Below are positions 28,172-37,514 of a DNA stretch of 45,473 nucleotides, piece after piece. The DNA comes from Bacteroidales bacterium (GTDB lineage: Bacteria; Bacteroidota; Bacteroidia; Bacteroidales; UBA7960), in contig JAWLDT010000005.1 in NCBI GenBank assembly GCA_041686485.1, positions 22,052 through 67,524 of the forward strand, given 5' to 3'. Under the pieces are notes generated by a model, which saw only the letters and a program-made list of their open reading frames with translations, searched no databases and had not been told where the DNA came from. Positions within the stretch are counted from its first letter, which is position 1, and each line of letters begins with the position of its first letter. The position numbers and the translations under genes were made by a program.

Positions 28172-29917
28172 ATGGATTCAAACATGTCGCGAAACAAGTT
28201 ATTAACGATCAAGGATCTGTCTGTGGGTTTTCAGACGGAAGAGGGGTTTATATCTGCGATTCAGGGTGTCAACCTGTCATTGGCTCCGGGCGAGATCATG
28301 GGGCTGGTGGGAGAGTCGGGCTCAGGTAAGTCGGTCACGGCGCTCACAGTGATGCGGTTGTTAAGCAAGACAGCCGGTCGTGTAACTTCGGGAGAGGTTT
28401 TATTCAATCATCCCGATAAGGGCGCTATCGATTTATTGACAATCAATGAGAAGCAGATGCAGCATGTGCGGGGGCGCGATATCTCCATGATTTTTCAGGA
28501 GCCGATGACATCGTTGAATCCGGTGAAGCGCTGTGGCCCGCAGGTAGTGGAAGGGCTCTTGTGGCACGGCCGTGCCACAAGTCGGGAGGCGCGCCAGAAA
28601 GCCCTCGCCCTGTTTGAGGAGGCCAGACTACCGGAGCCGGAAAAGGTTTACCATGCCTGGCCCCATGAACTTTCCGGCGGGCAAAAACAACGCGTAATGA
28701 TCGCCATGGCCATGGCCTGCGACCCGGTACTGCTGATTGCCGATGAACCCACCACCGCTTTGGATGTGTCGGTACAAAAACATATCCTGTCACTGATAAA
28801 ATCCCTGCGCGACAGCCATGGCATGGCCGTGTTATTCATATCCCACGATCTGGGAGTGATCAGGGAGATCGCTGATACGGCATCGGTTATGCACCAGGGC
28901 AAAATCGTGGAGCAGGGCGGGGTTGAAGCCATCTTTTCTGAACCTGAAGAACCTTATACCAAAGCGTTAATAGCTTGCCGGCCGCCAACAAGCCACCGGC
29001 CGGAGCGCCTGGCCGTGGTAGACAACTTTTTGTCGATGGACGCTTCGGGACGTGAAATGGCGATCACGGATACCTCCAACAGAACGCTGGCTGATGGTCA
29101 GCAACCGGCCTGGCGTCATTCGGGAGATCATTCCAACCCTTTGCTGGTTGTCGATAACCTCTCTGCCCATTATATCACCAAAAGAAACCTCTTTGGTCGG
29201 GTGCGGGCATATCACAAAGCGGTTGATAACATCAGCTTTACCCTCTATCAGGGAGAAACACTCGGTTTGGTGGGCGAGTCTGGTTGCGGCAAAACCACCC
29301 TCGGTCGAACCATTATGCAGCTTTTGCGTCAGAACAGTGGAAAAATTGTCTACAAAGGGCAGGATTTGTCACAGCTGTCCCGGAACGCCCTGCGGAAACG
29401 CCGGCCAGACTTCCAGATTATTTTTCAGGACCCTTATGCCTCTCTGACACCTGGTATACATATTGGCCATGCTATCATGGAGCCTATGCAGGTGCATGGT
29501 ATCCTTCAAAACAAGAAACAGCGAAAAGAAAGGATCATGGAACTGCTGTCGGGGGTTGGTTTGGAAGAGAGCCATTATTACCGGTATCCGCACGAGTTTT
29601 CAGGCGGACAACGCCAGCGTATCGCTATTGCCCGTGCCCTGGCGCTTGATCCGGAGTTTATTATCTGTGATGAGGCTGTGTCGGCGCTGGATGTATCAGT
29701 ACAAGCACGGATTCTCAACTTGCTAAACGAACTGAAACAGTCGTTTGGCTTGACTTACCTTTTCATTTCGCACGATTTGTCGGTAGTAAAATATATGTCG
29801 GATCGCATCATTGTGATGCAGGAAGGACAGATGGTTGAACTTAACGACGCCGACAGGCTGTATCATTTTCCCGGGAGCGACTACACCAGGCAGTTGATCG
29901 ATGCTGTTCCGGAATAG
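28172..29917 (+). CDS. Peptide/nickel-type ABC transporter ATP-binding protein with two fused ATPase domains
   Basis: GESGSGKS/LSGGQ/IADEPT and GESGCGKT/FSGGQ/ICDEAVS; no permease genes adjacent. Confidence 0.92.
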   Translation: MDSNMSRNKLLTIKDLSVGFQTEEGFISAIQGVNLSLAPGEIMGLVGESGSGKSVTALTVMRLLSKTAGRVTSGEVLFNHPDKGAIDLLTINEKQMQHVRGRDISMIFQEPMTSLNPVKRCGPQVVEGLLWHGRATSREARQKALALFEEARLPEPEKVYHAWPHELSGGQKQRVMIAMAMACDPVLLIADEPTTALDVSVQKHILSLIKSLRDSHGMAVLFISHDLGVIREIADTASVMHQGKIVEQGGVEAIFSEPEEPYTKALIACRPPTSHRPERLAVVDNFLSMDASGREMAITDTSNRTLADGQQPAWRHSGDHSNPLLVVDNLSAHYITKRNLFGRVRAYHKAVDNISFTLYQGETLGLVGESGCGKTTLGRTIMQLLRQNSGKIVYKGQDLSQLSRNALRKRRPDFQIIFQDPYASLTPGIHIGHAIMEPMQVHGILQNKKQRKERIMELLSGVGLEESHYYRYPHEFSGGQRQRIAIARALALDPEFIICDEAVSALDVSVQARILNLLNELKQSFGLTYLFISHDLSVVKYMSDRIIVMQEGQMVELNDADRLYHFPGSDYTRQLIDAVPE

Positions 29918-29926
29918 TAATATCTG

Positions 29927-30682
29927 TTACATTTCGGCCATCAGTTCTTCGGTGAGCTCCAGGTTGTGAAACACATTCTGGACATCGTCATCATCTTCAA
30001 ATGTGTCGATAAGCTTTAACACCTTCTTTGCGGACTCTTTATCAAGCTTAACTGTGTTTTTGGGGATGCGCTGGAGCTCCGCATTTTCAATCTCCATGCC
30101 CATACTTTCAAGCTTTTTCATCATATTGCCAAAATCCTCCATAGCCGTATGGATATTCATAAAGCCATCTTCACTCTCTGCTTCTTCGGCACCGGCGTCG
30201 ATGACCTCCATCAGAAAGGTGTCTTCATCCATTCCTTTCTCTTCTAAAGCTTTTTCAGGCACAGAAAATACGCCTTTGCGATCAAACAGGAAACTTAAGG
30301 CGCCGTTGGTCTCCAGTTTTCCGTCATATTTATTAAAGTAAGAGCGAATACTGGCCACGGTGCGCTGTAAGTTGTCAGTGAGGCACTCCACGTAAACCGC
30401 CACCCCATAATTGGCGTATCCTTCATAGGTTACTTGCTGGAAGTTTGCCGCATTTTTTTCTCCTGCTTTGGAAATCGCCCGCTGTATATTGTCCTTGGGC
30501 ATGTTGGCACCCTTGGCATTGGCCAGGGCCAGCCTCAGGCGGGGGTTGGCTTCAGGGTCATTGCCACCTTCTTTAACGGCAACGGTTATTTCTTTGTTAA
30601 GACGTGAGAAGATCTTGGATCGCTTTGCGTCCAATGCTCCCTTTTTACGTTTGATGGTAGACCATTTGCTGTGACCGGACAT
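29927..30682 (-). CDS. yebC: YebC/PmpR (TACO1) family protein
   Basis: MSGHSKWSTIKRKK, NPRLR, YEGY, TDN, DDVQNVFHN. Confidence 0.95.
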   Translation of the reverse strand: MSGHSKWSTIKRKKGALDAKRSKIFSRLNKEITVAVKEGGNDPEANPRLRLALANAKGANMPKDNIQRAISKAGEKNAANFQQVTYEGYANYGVAVYVECLTDNLQRTVASIRSYFNKYDGKLETNGALSFLFDRKGVFSVPEKALEEKGMDEDTFLMEVIDAGAEEAESEDGFMNIHTAMEDFGNMMKKLESMGMEIENAELQRIPKNTVKLDKESAKKVLKLIDTFEDDDDVQNVFHNLELTEELMAEM

Positions 30683-30698
30683 ATCTTTCAGTTTTGTG

Positions 30699-30706
30699 CA
30701 AAAATA
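30699..30706 (-). promoter_or_regulatory. -7 element for yebC
   Basis: Minus strand TATTTTTG 16 nt upstream of the start. Confidence 0.55.
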
Positions 30707-30723
30707 ATCATTTCTGTATTGAT

Positions 30724-30753
30724 AAAAAAAAAGCCGGGCAGCAAACCCGGCTT
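30724..30753 (-). terminator. Rho-independent terminator of GIN/beta-barrel gene
   Basis: AAGCCGGG-N7-CCCGGCTT stem with A9 on the plus strand (U-tract on minus). Confidence 0.85.
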
Positions 30754-30784
30754 CTTTCCAACCAATAACAAATCAACATGCGCA

Positions 30785-32251
30785 TCAGAAATTGATAATG
30801 CGTATACCTACATTGAAGGGATATAGTTCAGGCCCTTTGTCATCCCTGAACATGCTGTTCAGCGAATAGGAAGCAAACAGGTTTATCCTGCCCCATCCGA
30901 TTCGGGCGATGGCCGCGTACCTGAATGGCACCAGGTGAAAGTCCCGGTATTCTTTATCCTTTGTACGTTCTCCTTCCAGTTGATAAACCTGTTTAGTATG
31001 ACTCCGAAGGCGCAGGCCGGCGTTAATACCCGCTGCAGCATGGAAATTGCTGCCGCCGAAAGGGTTGTGTTGAAATTCCAGCATAAGCGGCACATTCATG
31101 TGGGAAACCGTCAGTTTGTTTTTCTCTAACTCGTGTATCGTATCGGTATAATGGCGTAATTCATCTTCGCCATGAACCAGTTTGATATTATTGGAAAACC
31201 GGTAATTGTTCCAACTGAACCCAATGCCGCTGACCAGCCCCAGCAGTCCGTTGTTGCCACGTGCCAACACCAGTTCCTGTTCCCATATGTTCAGGTCCAC
31301 TTGTATGGAACGGTTATATTCCAGGTCCATATAGTCCACTTCTTCATCCAGGCTAATGCTGTTATCGGGCATCATATAACCGTTTATCCCGAGATAAAAC
31401 CCACTCCAGTTATTACGCCAGGTGGCCGGTGATTTTTCAAGGTCACGTATTTCCAGGTTCCGACCAGCCATTGAATCGAATACCAGCTCTTTGTCACCAA
31501 TCCGTATTACTGTGGTTTCGTCATCTGTTTCGTTGTTATCTGTTCTGTCAATGTCCACACCACGTATGGAGCCAGTTCCCGATGTCTGATAGTCAGTTGT
31601 CTCAGGGGTGCCCCTGAAAGTGACTTTGGATGTGCCACTCGCTTCGGCAGAGAGTGTGTCTGTCACCCTTATTCTTGCAGAAGCAGTGCCTGAGCTTTTG
31701 ACATAAGAGGTATGGGTCGTCAGGTCATAGGCGTTTACCCTGGAAACGCCACTTACTGTCAGGTCGTGCATGGCAGCTTTACCACGCAGGTTAATTCTGC
31801 TGGCCCCGTTGACTTTGGTGGTCAATTCTTCAACATCTACAGCCACATCTATACTTGATGCGCCCGTAACCCGAAGTTCAAGAGAAGCATTTCTTAAAGT
31901 GTCATCAGTTTGGATGGAGGAGGCTCCACTGGCTTGTAAATAATAAAATTCAGGTGCTGTGACATATACTTTCAGGTCTTCCAGGTTTCGAACCCGGCGT
32001 TGCGTATAATCAATGGATAACATGTTGTTCTCCACGATGGTTTCGATGTGTTCCATATGTTCTTCCGGAGCCTCTACCATTACAGAAAAGGTCTCACCCT
32101 GTGTCACATACACTTCAAATACGCTGCTAACCTTCAGCCCTGTAAAGCCTTCTGCTGCCCGCTCTTCTGTTATCATTTGTGCCGGCAACATCGCAGGATT
32201 TATCAAAATCACCGCAAACAAAACAAATCTGATCATTTTTTCTTTTTTCAT
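30785..32251 (-). CDS. GIN (DUF2807-like) domain fused to outer membrane beta-barrel
   Basis: Repeats ASGASSI/VTGASSI/VNGASRI/VSGVSRV/SSGTASA/ASGTSKV; C-half NVPLMLEF, RIGWGRINLF, terminal Phe. Confidence 0.72.
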   Translation of the reverse strand: MKKEKMIRFVLFAVILINPAMLPAQMITEERAAEGFTGLKVSSVFEVYVTQGETFSVMVEAPEEHMEHIETIVENNMLSIDYTQRRVRNLEDLKVYVTAPEFYYLQASGASSIQTDDTLRNASLELRVTGASSIDVAVDVEELTTKVNGASRINLRGKAAMHDLTVSGVSRVNAYDLTTHTSYVKSSGTASARIRVTDTLSAEASGTSKVTFRGTPETTDYQTSGTGSIRGVDIDRTDNNETDDETTVIRIGDKELVFDSMAGRNLEIRDLEKSPATWRNNWSGFYLGINGYMMPDNSISLDEEVDYMDLEYNRSIQVDLNIWEQELVLARGNNGLLGLVSGIGFSWNNYRFSNNIKLVHGEDELRHYTDTIHELEKNKLTVSHMNVPLMLEFQHNPFGGSNFHAAAGINAGLRLRSHTKQVYQLEGERTKDKEYRDFHLVPFRYAAIARIGWGRINLFASYSLNSMFRDDKGPELYPFNVGIRIINF

Positions 32252-32289
32252 CGCTAATTGTTCTTTTTATTTATTAAATAATGATTTAT

Positions 32290-32369
32290 ATGTTAGTCAC
32301 CCAATGGGCTCAGGCCCTTAATATATAGTAAGACAACTAATCTTTATCTGATTCAAAATAGCTCGAAGC
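32290..32369. repeat. 80-bp dispersed intergenic element, copy A
   Basis: 68/80 ungapped identity to 44781-44860, counted by hand. Confidence 0.85.
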
Positions 32370-32425
32370 CACCTTCTGTTTCGCATCCTCTCGCCCTCTC
32401 GCCCTCGCTTCCTCGCGTGTTTTCT

Positions 32426-32501
32426 TATGTCACCCCTTCGGGGTTTGTGTTTCGTTTGTGTTTCCCTTTTTTTCTATAATCGTTTCATCCCTTCGGGATT
32501 T
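32426..32501. repeat. REP-like doublet
   Basis: TATGTCACCCCTTCGGGGT...CTATAATCGTTTCATCCCTTCGGGAT, two related short GC-stem hairpins with TTC loops. Confidence 0.65.
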
Positions 32502-32548
32502 CTCGAAGCTTCGTCTTCTTACCCTCACACCCTCTCTCTCTCCCTCTC

Positions 32549-32593
32549 TTAAGTCCCTTAAGTCCCTCAAGTCCCTTAAGTCCCTCAAGTCCC
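32549..32593. repeat. 9-mer tandem array T(T/C)AAGTCCC x5
   Basis: Read directly. Confidence 0.92.
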
Positions 32594-32737
32594 TCGACGC
32601 TCATCCTTCACTGCCAGTATGACGGGCTCCTATTCCAAAAAGTTACAGCGCAAATAAATTTTTTCTTGCCGGCGGGTGGCAGGGAAAAATATTGTATGTT
32701 CGCAGGGATGATTATGTATGAAACCAAAAACACCAAC

Positions 32738-33322
32738 ATGTACAGACAACTATTTCTTTTATTGGCCGCTGTTTTTTTGATGTCGGCCTGTGGCCAGGCT
32801 CCCGGCAACGGGCATGCAGGAGAAAATGAAGAAAAAACCGAATTATCTCCGGAAGAAAGGGCTTTTTTGGATAACCTGGCTTCATTGTGCGGACAATCTT
32901 TCCGGGGCGAGGAAACTTACATGGCTGAAGGCCGTGAAAGCTGGTCACATTTGGATTTTGTGATGCATGTAACACATTGCGGGGAGGATGAGGTACACAT
33001 CCCGTTTCATTTATCGGATGACACATCCCGTACCTGGATGTTCCTGGAAGAAGATGGCCGTTTGCGTTTCCGTCATGACCACCGTCATCCCGATGGGACA
33101 CCTGAGGAACAAACCCTCTATGGCGGTTACTCCGATGGGGAAGGGACCGCTTATGAGCAATATTTTCCGAAGGATGAATATTCCAGAAAACTTCTGGAAG
33201 GAGATTATGGCCGTGAGTGGCATGTTGTCATGGATGAGGAGATGACCACCTTTTCTTACCGGTTGCTATATGATGGTGAGATAGTATTTCAGGCCGATTT
33301 CGATCTGACAGAGCCGATCTGA
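32738..33322 (+). CDS. Uncharacterised lipoprotein with HDHRH motif (paralog of 27391-27999)
   Basis: Lipobox MSAC from ATG 32738; LCGQSF, RFRHDHRHPDGTPE, LYGGY, FDLTEP. Confidence 0.8.
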   Translation: MYRQLFLLLAAVFLMSACGQAPGNGHAGENEEKTELSPEERAFLDNLASLCGQSFRGEETYMAEGRESWSHLDFVMHVTHCGEDEVHIPFHLSDDTSRTWMFLEEDGRLRFRHDHRHPDGTPEEQTLYGGYSDGEGTAYEQYFPKDEYSRKLLEGDYGREWHVVMDEEMTTFSYRLLYDGEIVFQADFDLTEPI

Positions 33323-33328
33323 GACAGC

Positions 33329-36300
33329 TTACTTTATGCCTTTCAGAAACCTTGCCAGTCTCTGCAGTCTGTAACCTGATTTTACTGAAAGGTCGGTAAC
33401 ATCGAGCAGGAACAGGATTGCCCGGCGCAGATGGCTCCGTAGCCGGCTTTTGTTAATGCGCCCGGGCAATGTTCTAAACCAGTTAATATAGGTTATGGAA
33501 AACAGCCATCTTGTTAGCAGCTCAAACTGTTCTTTGCTGTAATACCAGGTGCCTTCGTATTCATTGATACCGAGAAAGCTGCTTGCAACAGGCATTTGAA
33601 GGAGGTTTTCCAGTTTTTTGTATTTTTGGTCCATGAGTGGGTCTTTGCTGCGCTGCTTTTTCGGACGCCCGCGTGAGGGTGTTTCCTCCCGGAAATCGAA
33701 GACCGCTTCCCCGGTTTTTAACAAGATTTTTACAAGCGAAATGTCACCGGCAATATCATGGTTGCTGCGTCCTGTGTGCTGAAGGGCGCGCCCCAGGGGT
33801 CGATCGAGCCATAAATCGTCAAACTCCTTCATGTTCAGGGCTTTTCTCTTTTGTACTTCCCGGACAGACTTGATCGCAAAATAGGCGATTAACAAGGTTG
33901 TGTTTTCCCTGTAAGTGTTGTTTCCCCCGAGTACCATCAACTCTTCCGGGGCCTGTATGGAGGTGCTGCTCAGTATCGGCCTGATCCATTCTGATGCTAT
34001 CTTCAGGTACGTCATTGCCTCCGGCACAGCAGCAAGATGATCATAGAAGATCTGCCCTGCCTGTTCTTCCTGACCACGGAGGCCAATGTCTCCGAAAGCT
34101 TCCTCCGCAAAGGCAATAAAGTGTTTATACAGCCTTTCCGTGATGGCTGTATCCTGTTCCGGCAGGCTTTCCTTTACATTCGATTCAATAAAGGATTGAA
34201 TGTCAGTTGGGTTTAACAGATATTCAAAAGCTCTGTGTACATCTTTCAGCTTCAGCCCTTTAAGGGCTTCTTCGACACTAGATACGCCACGTTTGCCCAG
34301 TTCATGATACAACTGTGTCAAATCGCCCGTGTGGTCTTCTTTTTGATGAAAACCTAAGAATACCCGGCTTTCAAACCCCATCAGGTTCTGATAAAACCCT
34401 TTGTAATACAGGTCGCTGCCTTTTAACAGATATTCCAGCCCGGAAACATGTTCCGTGACAATATAGTACTTATGTTCGGCGGGGTCGATGCCCATGGCTT
34501 CTCCAAAATGCATGGAATGGAGCTTTTTGTCACGGTTGCCGGCCGGCAGTCGTGGTGCGGCTACACGAATATAGCCGTCGGCCATTTCGTATTTGTTGTT
34601 AAACATCACCAGGGCTTTTTCGTCGCCATGGCAGTTTGTGAAGGCAAACACATGATCGTTAACATGTCCGTGATTCTCAATATAGTCATAGAGCTGAAAG
34701 TGCGCTACATCGCTGAACAGATAACGCTTGCCCACAAGCGGAAAGATTTCTCTTTCGTGACGTTCGACCAGCCCCTGATCCGGTGATTCGTTGTAGTAAG
34801 CGCGCTGGTACTCCATGCCATATTTCTCCGTGAAACCCTCTATCTGGCCATGTGCATACATGGGAAGGCCCGGCAGGGTGTTCATCAACACACAGACGCC
34901 GAAATATTTGTCCCCGGTTCCAAATTGCTGAATGGCGGTTTCTTCATCGGGATTGCTCATGAAGTTCACATACCGTTTAAGGATTTCGGGTTCAAACGCC
35001 AGTGTGTTGGTAATTAATTCTTTATATTTTTTGTTTTCCTCATTTTTCAGCATATGCATAAAGGCGGAATTGTACACCCGATGCATACCCAATGTCCGTA
35101 CAAAGTAGCCTTCCATAAACCAGAATGCTTCGGCCAGCAAGAGCGTTTCCGGCATTTCTGTATTGATACGGTCGACCACTTCGCGCCAGAACTCAACCGG
35201 AAAGAGTTCGTCGAATTGTTCTTTGGTCATGGCATGTTCTGCCCGTGAGGGGATATCCCCGCCACTGCCCGGTCGTGGGTACCACAGCCTGGCAAAATGT
35301 TTTTTGGCCAGGGTCATGGCTGCATCAAAACGGATGATGGAAAACTTACGTGCTACTGACAGGATCTTCTGAATCACAGCTTCCCTTACCTCTGCCTTCA
35401 GCATGTCGAGCTGGGCCGTATCGTTCCAGGGCATCATGGTGCCGTCGTTGCCGTGATAGATATAGCGGACATCGTTATGTTGTTTGTCAACCCGCTGAAA
35501 AACGACCGCTGCATCTGTTTTGTTGTAATAGCCGTCTTCAATACGAATTTCGATGTGGGGATGTTCGGAAAGATTTTCCCCTGTAAAGCTGTACCCGGGA
35601 AAGGGAGGCGCCGGTGTCTGGATAAAATAATCCGGGTGTTCAATGACCCATTTGGAATAAATGCCGGTATGATTGGGCACCATATCGCTGGCCAGTCGAA
35701 TGCCTCTTTGTGCGGCTCTATGGTTCAGGTCGTTATAGGCGTGTTCACCACCCAGTTCCCGGGCGATCTCATAATCGTAGAGTGCATACGCCGATGAGAT
35801 GGCGTCCGGGTTTCCCATGAGGTGTTTAATCTTCTTCGAGGCAACGCTTCTTTCCCATATGCCGATGAGCCATAAGCCATTTAGATTCCATCGTGCCAGC
35901 CTGTCAAGCTCTTCATCCGGGATCTGGTCCAATCGTCGTATGTCACGGTTGTATTTTTTTGAAAGCTGATCAAGCCACACATAGGCATTTTTAGCCACCA
36001 TCACCACCCGGGGCATCCAATGAATATCCGATGTAAATCGCTCTGGTTCATCATAGTCTGCCGAGGCAGCTGCGACGGCATCAAAGCCCGATTTTCCCAG
36101 ATGCATGGCACCTTCTTGTTGTTTTCCATAATCAGGGACCACCGTCGGCGGAGCACCGCCCCCATCACCTTCCAGGCGTAAATCTTCCTTTAGCAAGTCC
36201 TTGCTCTGTAGCAACTGCAAGACCATTTGTGCCGGCAACAGGTCTTTCCAGTTTTGCAGGATGTAGTCAAGCTGACTTTGTAAATCATCAGGGTATACCT

Positions 36301-36949
36301 TATAAGGTGTGCGAAGAAGCGAAAAGATGTCCTTTTGCTCATGACCAAAGGGTGGCTGTTCATAAAAAAAACTTTCCAGCTCATTGATAAAACGTTGAAA
36401 CAAATCATTGTTTGACAGATAGCTCTGGTCAAAGAGTGTTTTCAGCTTTTTATTGGCGGGATTATCATTGGCCAGGTAGAGAATCATGGCCTCTTCTGCG
36501 GTAAACTGAAGATGAGTGCGACCGTTGGTTTCTCCCGAAAGGTATTGCTTTGGGGTTTCTTTTCCGGAATACACACTGGCTGGTGGGAAAGTCCCGGTAA
36601 AATCTTCCATCAGCCTGTTAAAAGGCTCTTCACCAAGTTGTTTTTTCAGAAATGCTGTTGCGTCGGCGAAAACGGCAGGGCGTACCTGTTCCTGATACGA
36701 CTCCAGCAAACCGTGTGCTGTTTCATGCAGCATACCACTGGCAAAAAGCTCTCCCGGGTAAATATGTGCGTCAGGCGCTCTATCCTTGTTTATCGAATAG
36801 GCAAATCTTCGAACAACACCTGCATTGGTGTACAATAAGCTCCCATTCGATGCGAATAGCGCATCCTCCAACTGGTGTTTTTTGCGAAGGTCGCGAAAAA
36901 TGCGCATCTCAAAAAAGAAAGATAAGTTGTTCAGCTTGGCAAAAGGCAT
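33329..36949 (-). CDS. Large GH13 (alpha-amylase family) protein
   Basis: DMVPNH (region I), RFDAA (nucleophile Asp), LAEAFW (acid/base Glu), FMSNPDE (region IV), LPGLPM; no signal peptide. Confidence 0.85.
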   Translation of the reverse strand: MPFAKLNNLSFFFEMRIFRDLRKKHQLEDALFASNGSLLYTNAGVVRRFAYSINKDRAPDAHIYPGELFASGMLHETAHGLLESYQEQVRPAVFADATAFLKKQLGEEPFNRLMEDFTGTFPPASVYSGKETPKQYLSGETNGRTHLQFTAEEAMILYLANDNPANKKLKTLFDQSYLSNNDLFQRFINELESFFYEQPPFGHEQKDIFSLLRTPYKVYPDDLQSQLDYILQNWKDLLPAQMVLQLLQSKDLLKEDLRLEGDGGGAPPTVVPDYGKQQEGAMHLGKSGFDAVAAASADYDEPERFTSDIHWMPRVVMVAKNAYVWLDQLSKKYNRDIRRLDQIPDEELDRLARWNLNGLWLIGIWERSVASKKIKHLMGNPDAISSAYALYDYEIARELGGEHAYNDLNHRAAQRGIRLASDMVPNHTGIYSKWVIEHPDYFIQTPAPPFPGYSFTGENLSEHPHIEIRIEDGYYNKTDAAVVFQRVDKQHNDVRYIYHGNDGTMMPWNDTAQLDMLKAEVREAVIQKILSVARKFSIIRFDAAMTLAKKHFARLWYPRPGSGGDIPSRAEHAMTKEQFDELFPVEFWREVVDRINTEMPETLLLAEAFWFMEGYFVRTLGMHRVYNSAFMHMLKNEENKKYKELITNTLAFEPEILKRYVNFMSNPDEETAIQQFGTGDKYFGVCVLMNTLPGLPMYAHGQIEGFTEKYGMEYQRAYYNESPDQGLVERHEREIFPLVGKRYLFSDVAHFQLYDYIENHGHVNDHVFAFTNCHGDEKALVMFNNKYEMADGYIRVAAPRLPAGNRDKKLHSMHFGEAMGIDPAEHKYYIVTEHVSGLEYLLKGSDLYYKGFYQNLMGFESRVFLGFHQKEDHTGDLTQLYHELGKRGVSSVEEALKGLKLKDVHRAFEYLLNPTDIQSFIESNVKESLPEQDTAITERLYKHFIAFAEEAFGDIGLRGQEEQAGQIFYDHLAAVPEAMTYLKIASEWIRPILSSTSIQAPEELMVLGGNNTYRENTTLLIAYFAIKSVREVQKRKALNMKEFDDLWLDRPLGRALQHTGRSNHDIAGDISLVKILLKTGEAVFDFREETPSRGRPKKQRSKDPLMDQKYKKLENLLQMPVASSFLGINEYEGTWYYSKEQFELLTRWLFSITYINWFRTLPGRINKSRLRSHLRRAILFLLDVTDLSVKSGYRLQRLARFLKGIK

Positions 36950-36979
36950 ATATGTGATTGTTGAAAAAGGTGTGTTACA

Positions 36980-37474
36980 TTAGATTGAATACAAGGCTGA
37001 TGATGGCGACAGGTGTCTGCCTCCCAGCCCTAAAAAGAGTGATAAGATGAGCATGATGGTCAGCGGAACGGTGAAGTTATCAAGCCCGCGGGGGCTGAAA
37101 ACTTCTGCCAAAGCAGCACCAAACGCCACGAGAATGTCGGCTGTCAGGGTTTCCATGTTAAAATTACCAACAAACCAATGCATAACAAAAAATGAGATGA
37201 TGAATGCCGTGAAAAAGAAAACAGAGGTGCCCGGATTGGTTTTATCAAACTTCATTTTATAAATGATAATGTTTCGTACCCGCTTTCCAGATAATATGCC
37301 TGTAAGACCTGCCAGCGAGTCACTAACTCCCAGAATAAGAATGGGAATGATGAACAGTTTTGCATCATTAAGCACGACCGATAAGCTGCACGCTTTATAT
37401 TACTTATGTTGTTTGACTGATTGTTATATCCAACAGAAACAGCAAAAGTAATGAAAAGCAAACAAAAGCTTCAT
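36980..37474 (-). pseudogene. Truncated/frameshifted polyprenol (dolichol/phytol) kinase-like membrane protein
   Basis: Only the C-terminal half is intact (ILILGVSDSLAGLTG, KT, AEVFSPRGLDNFTVP); the upstream hydrophobic stretch lies in another frame. Confidence 0.6.
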
Positions 37475-37514
37475 ATAGATATTAATAGTGAACTATTTTT
37501 ATGGTTTTGATGGT

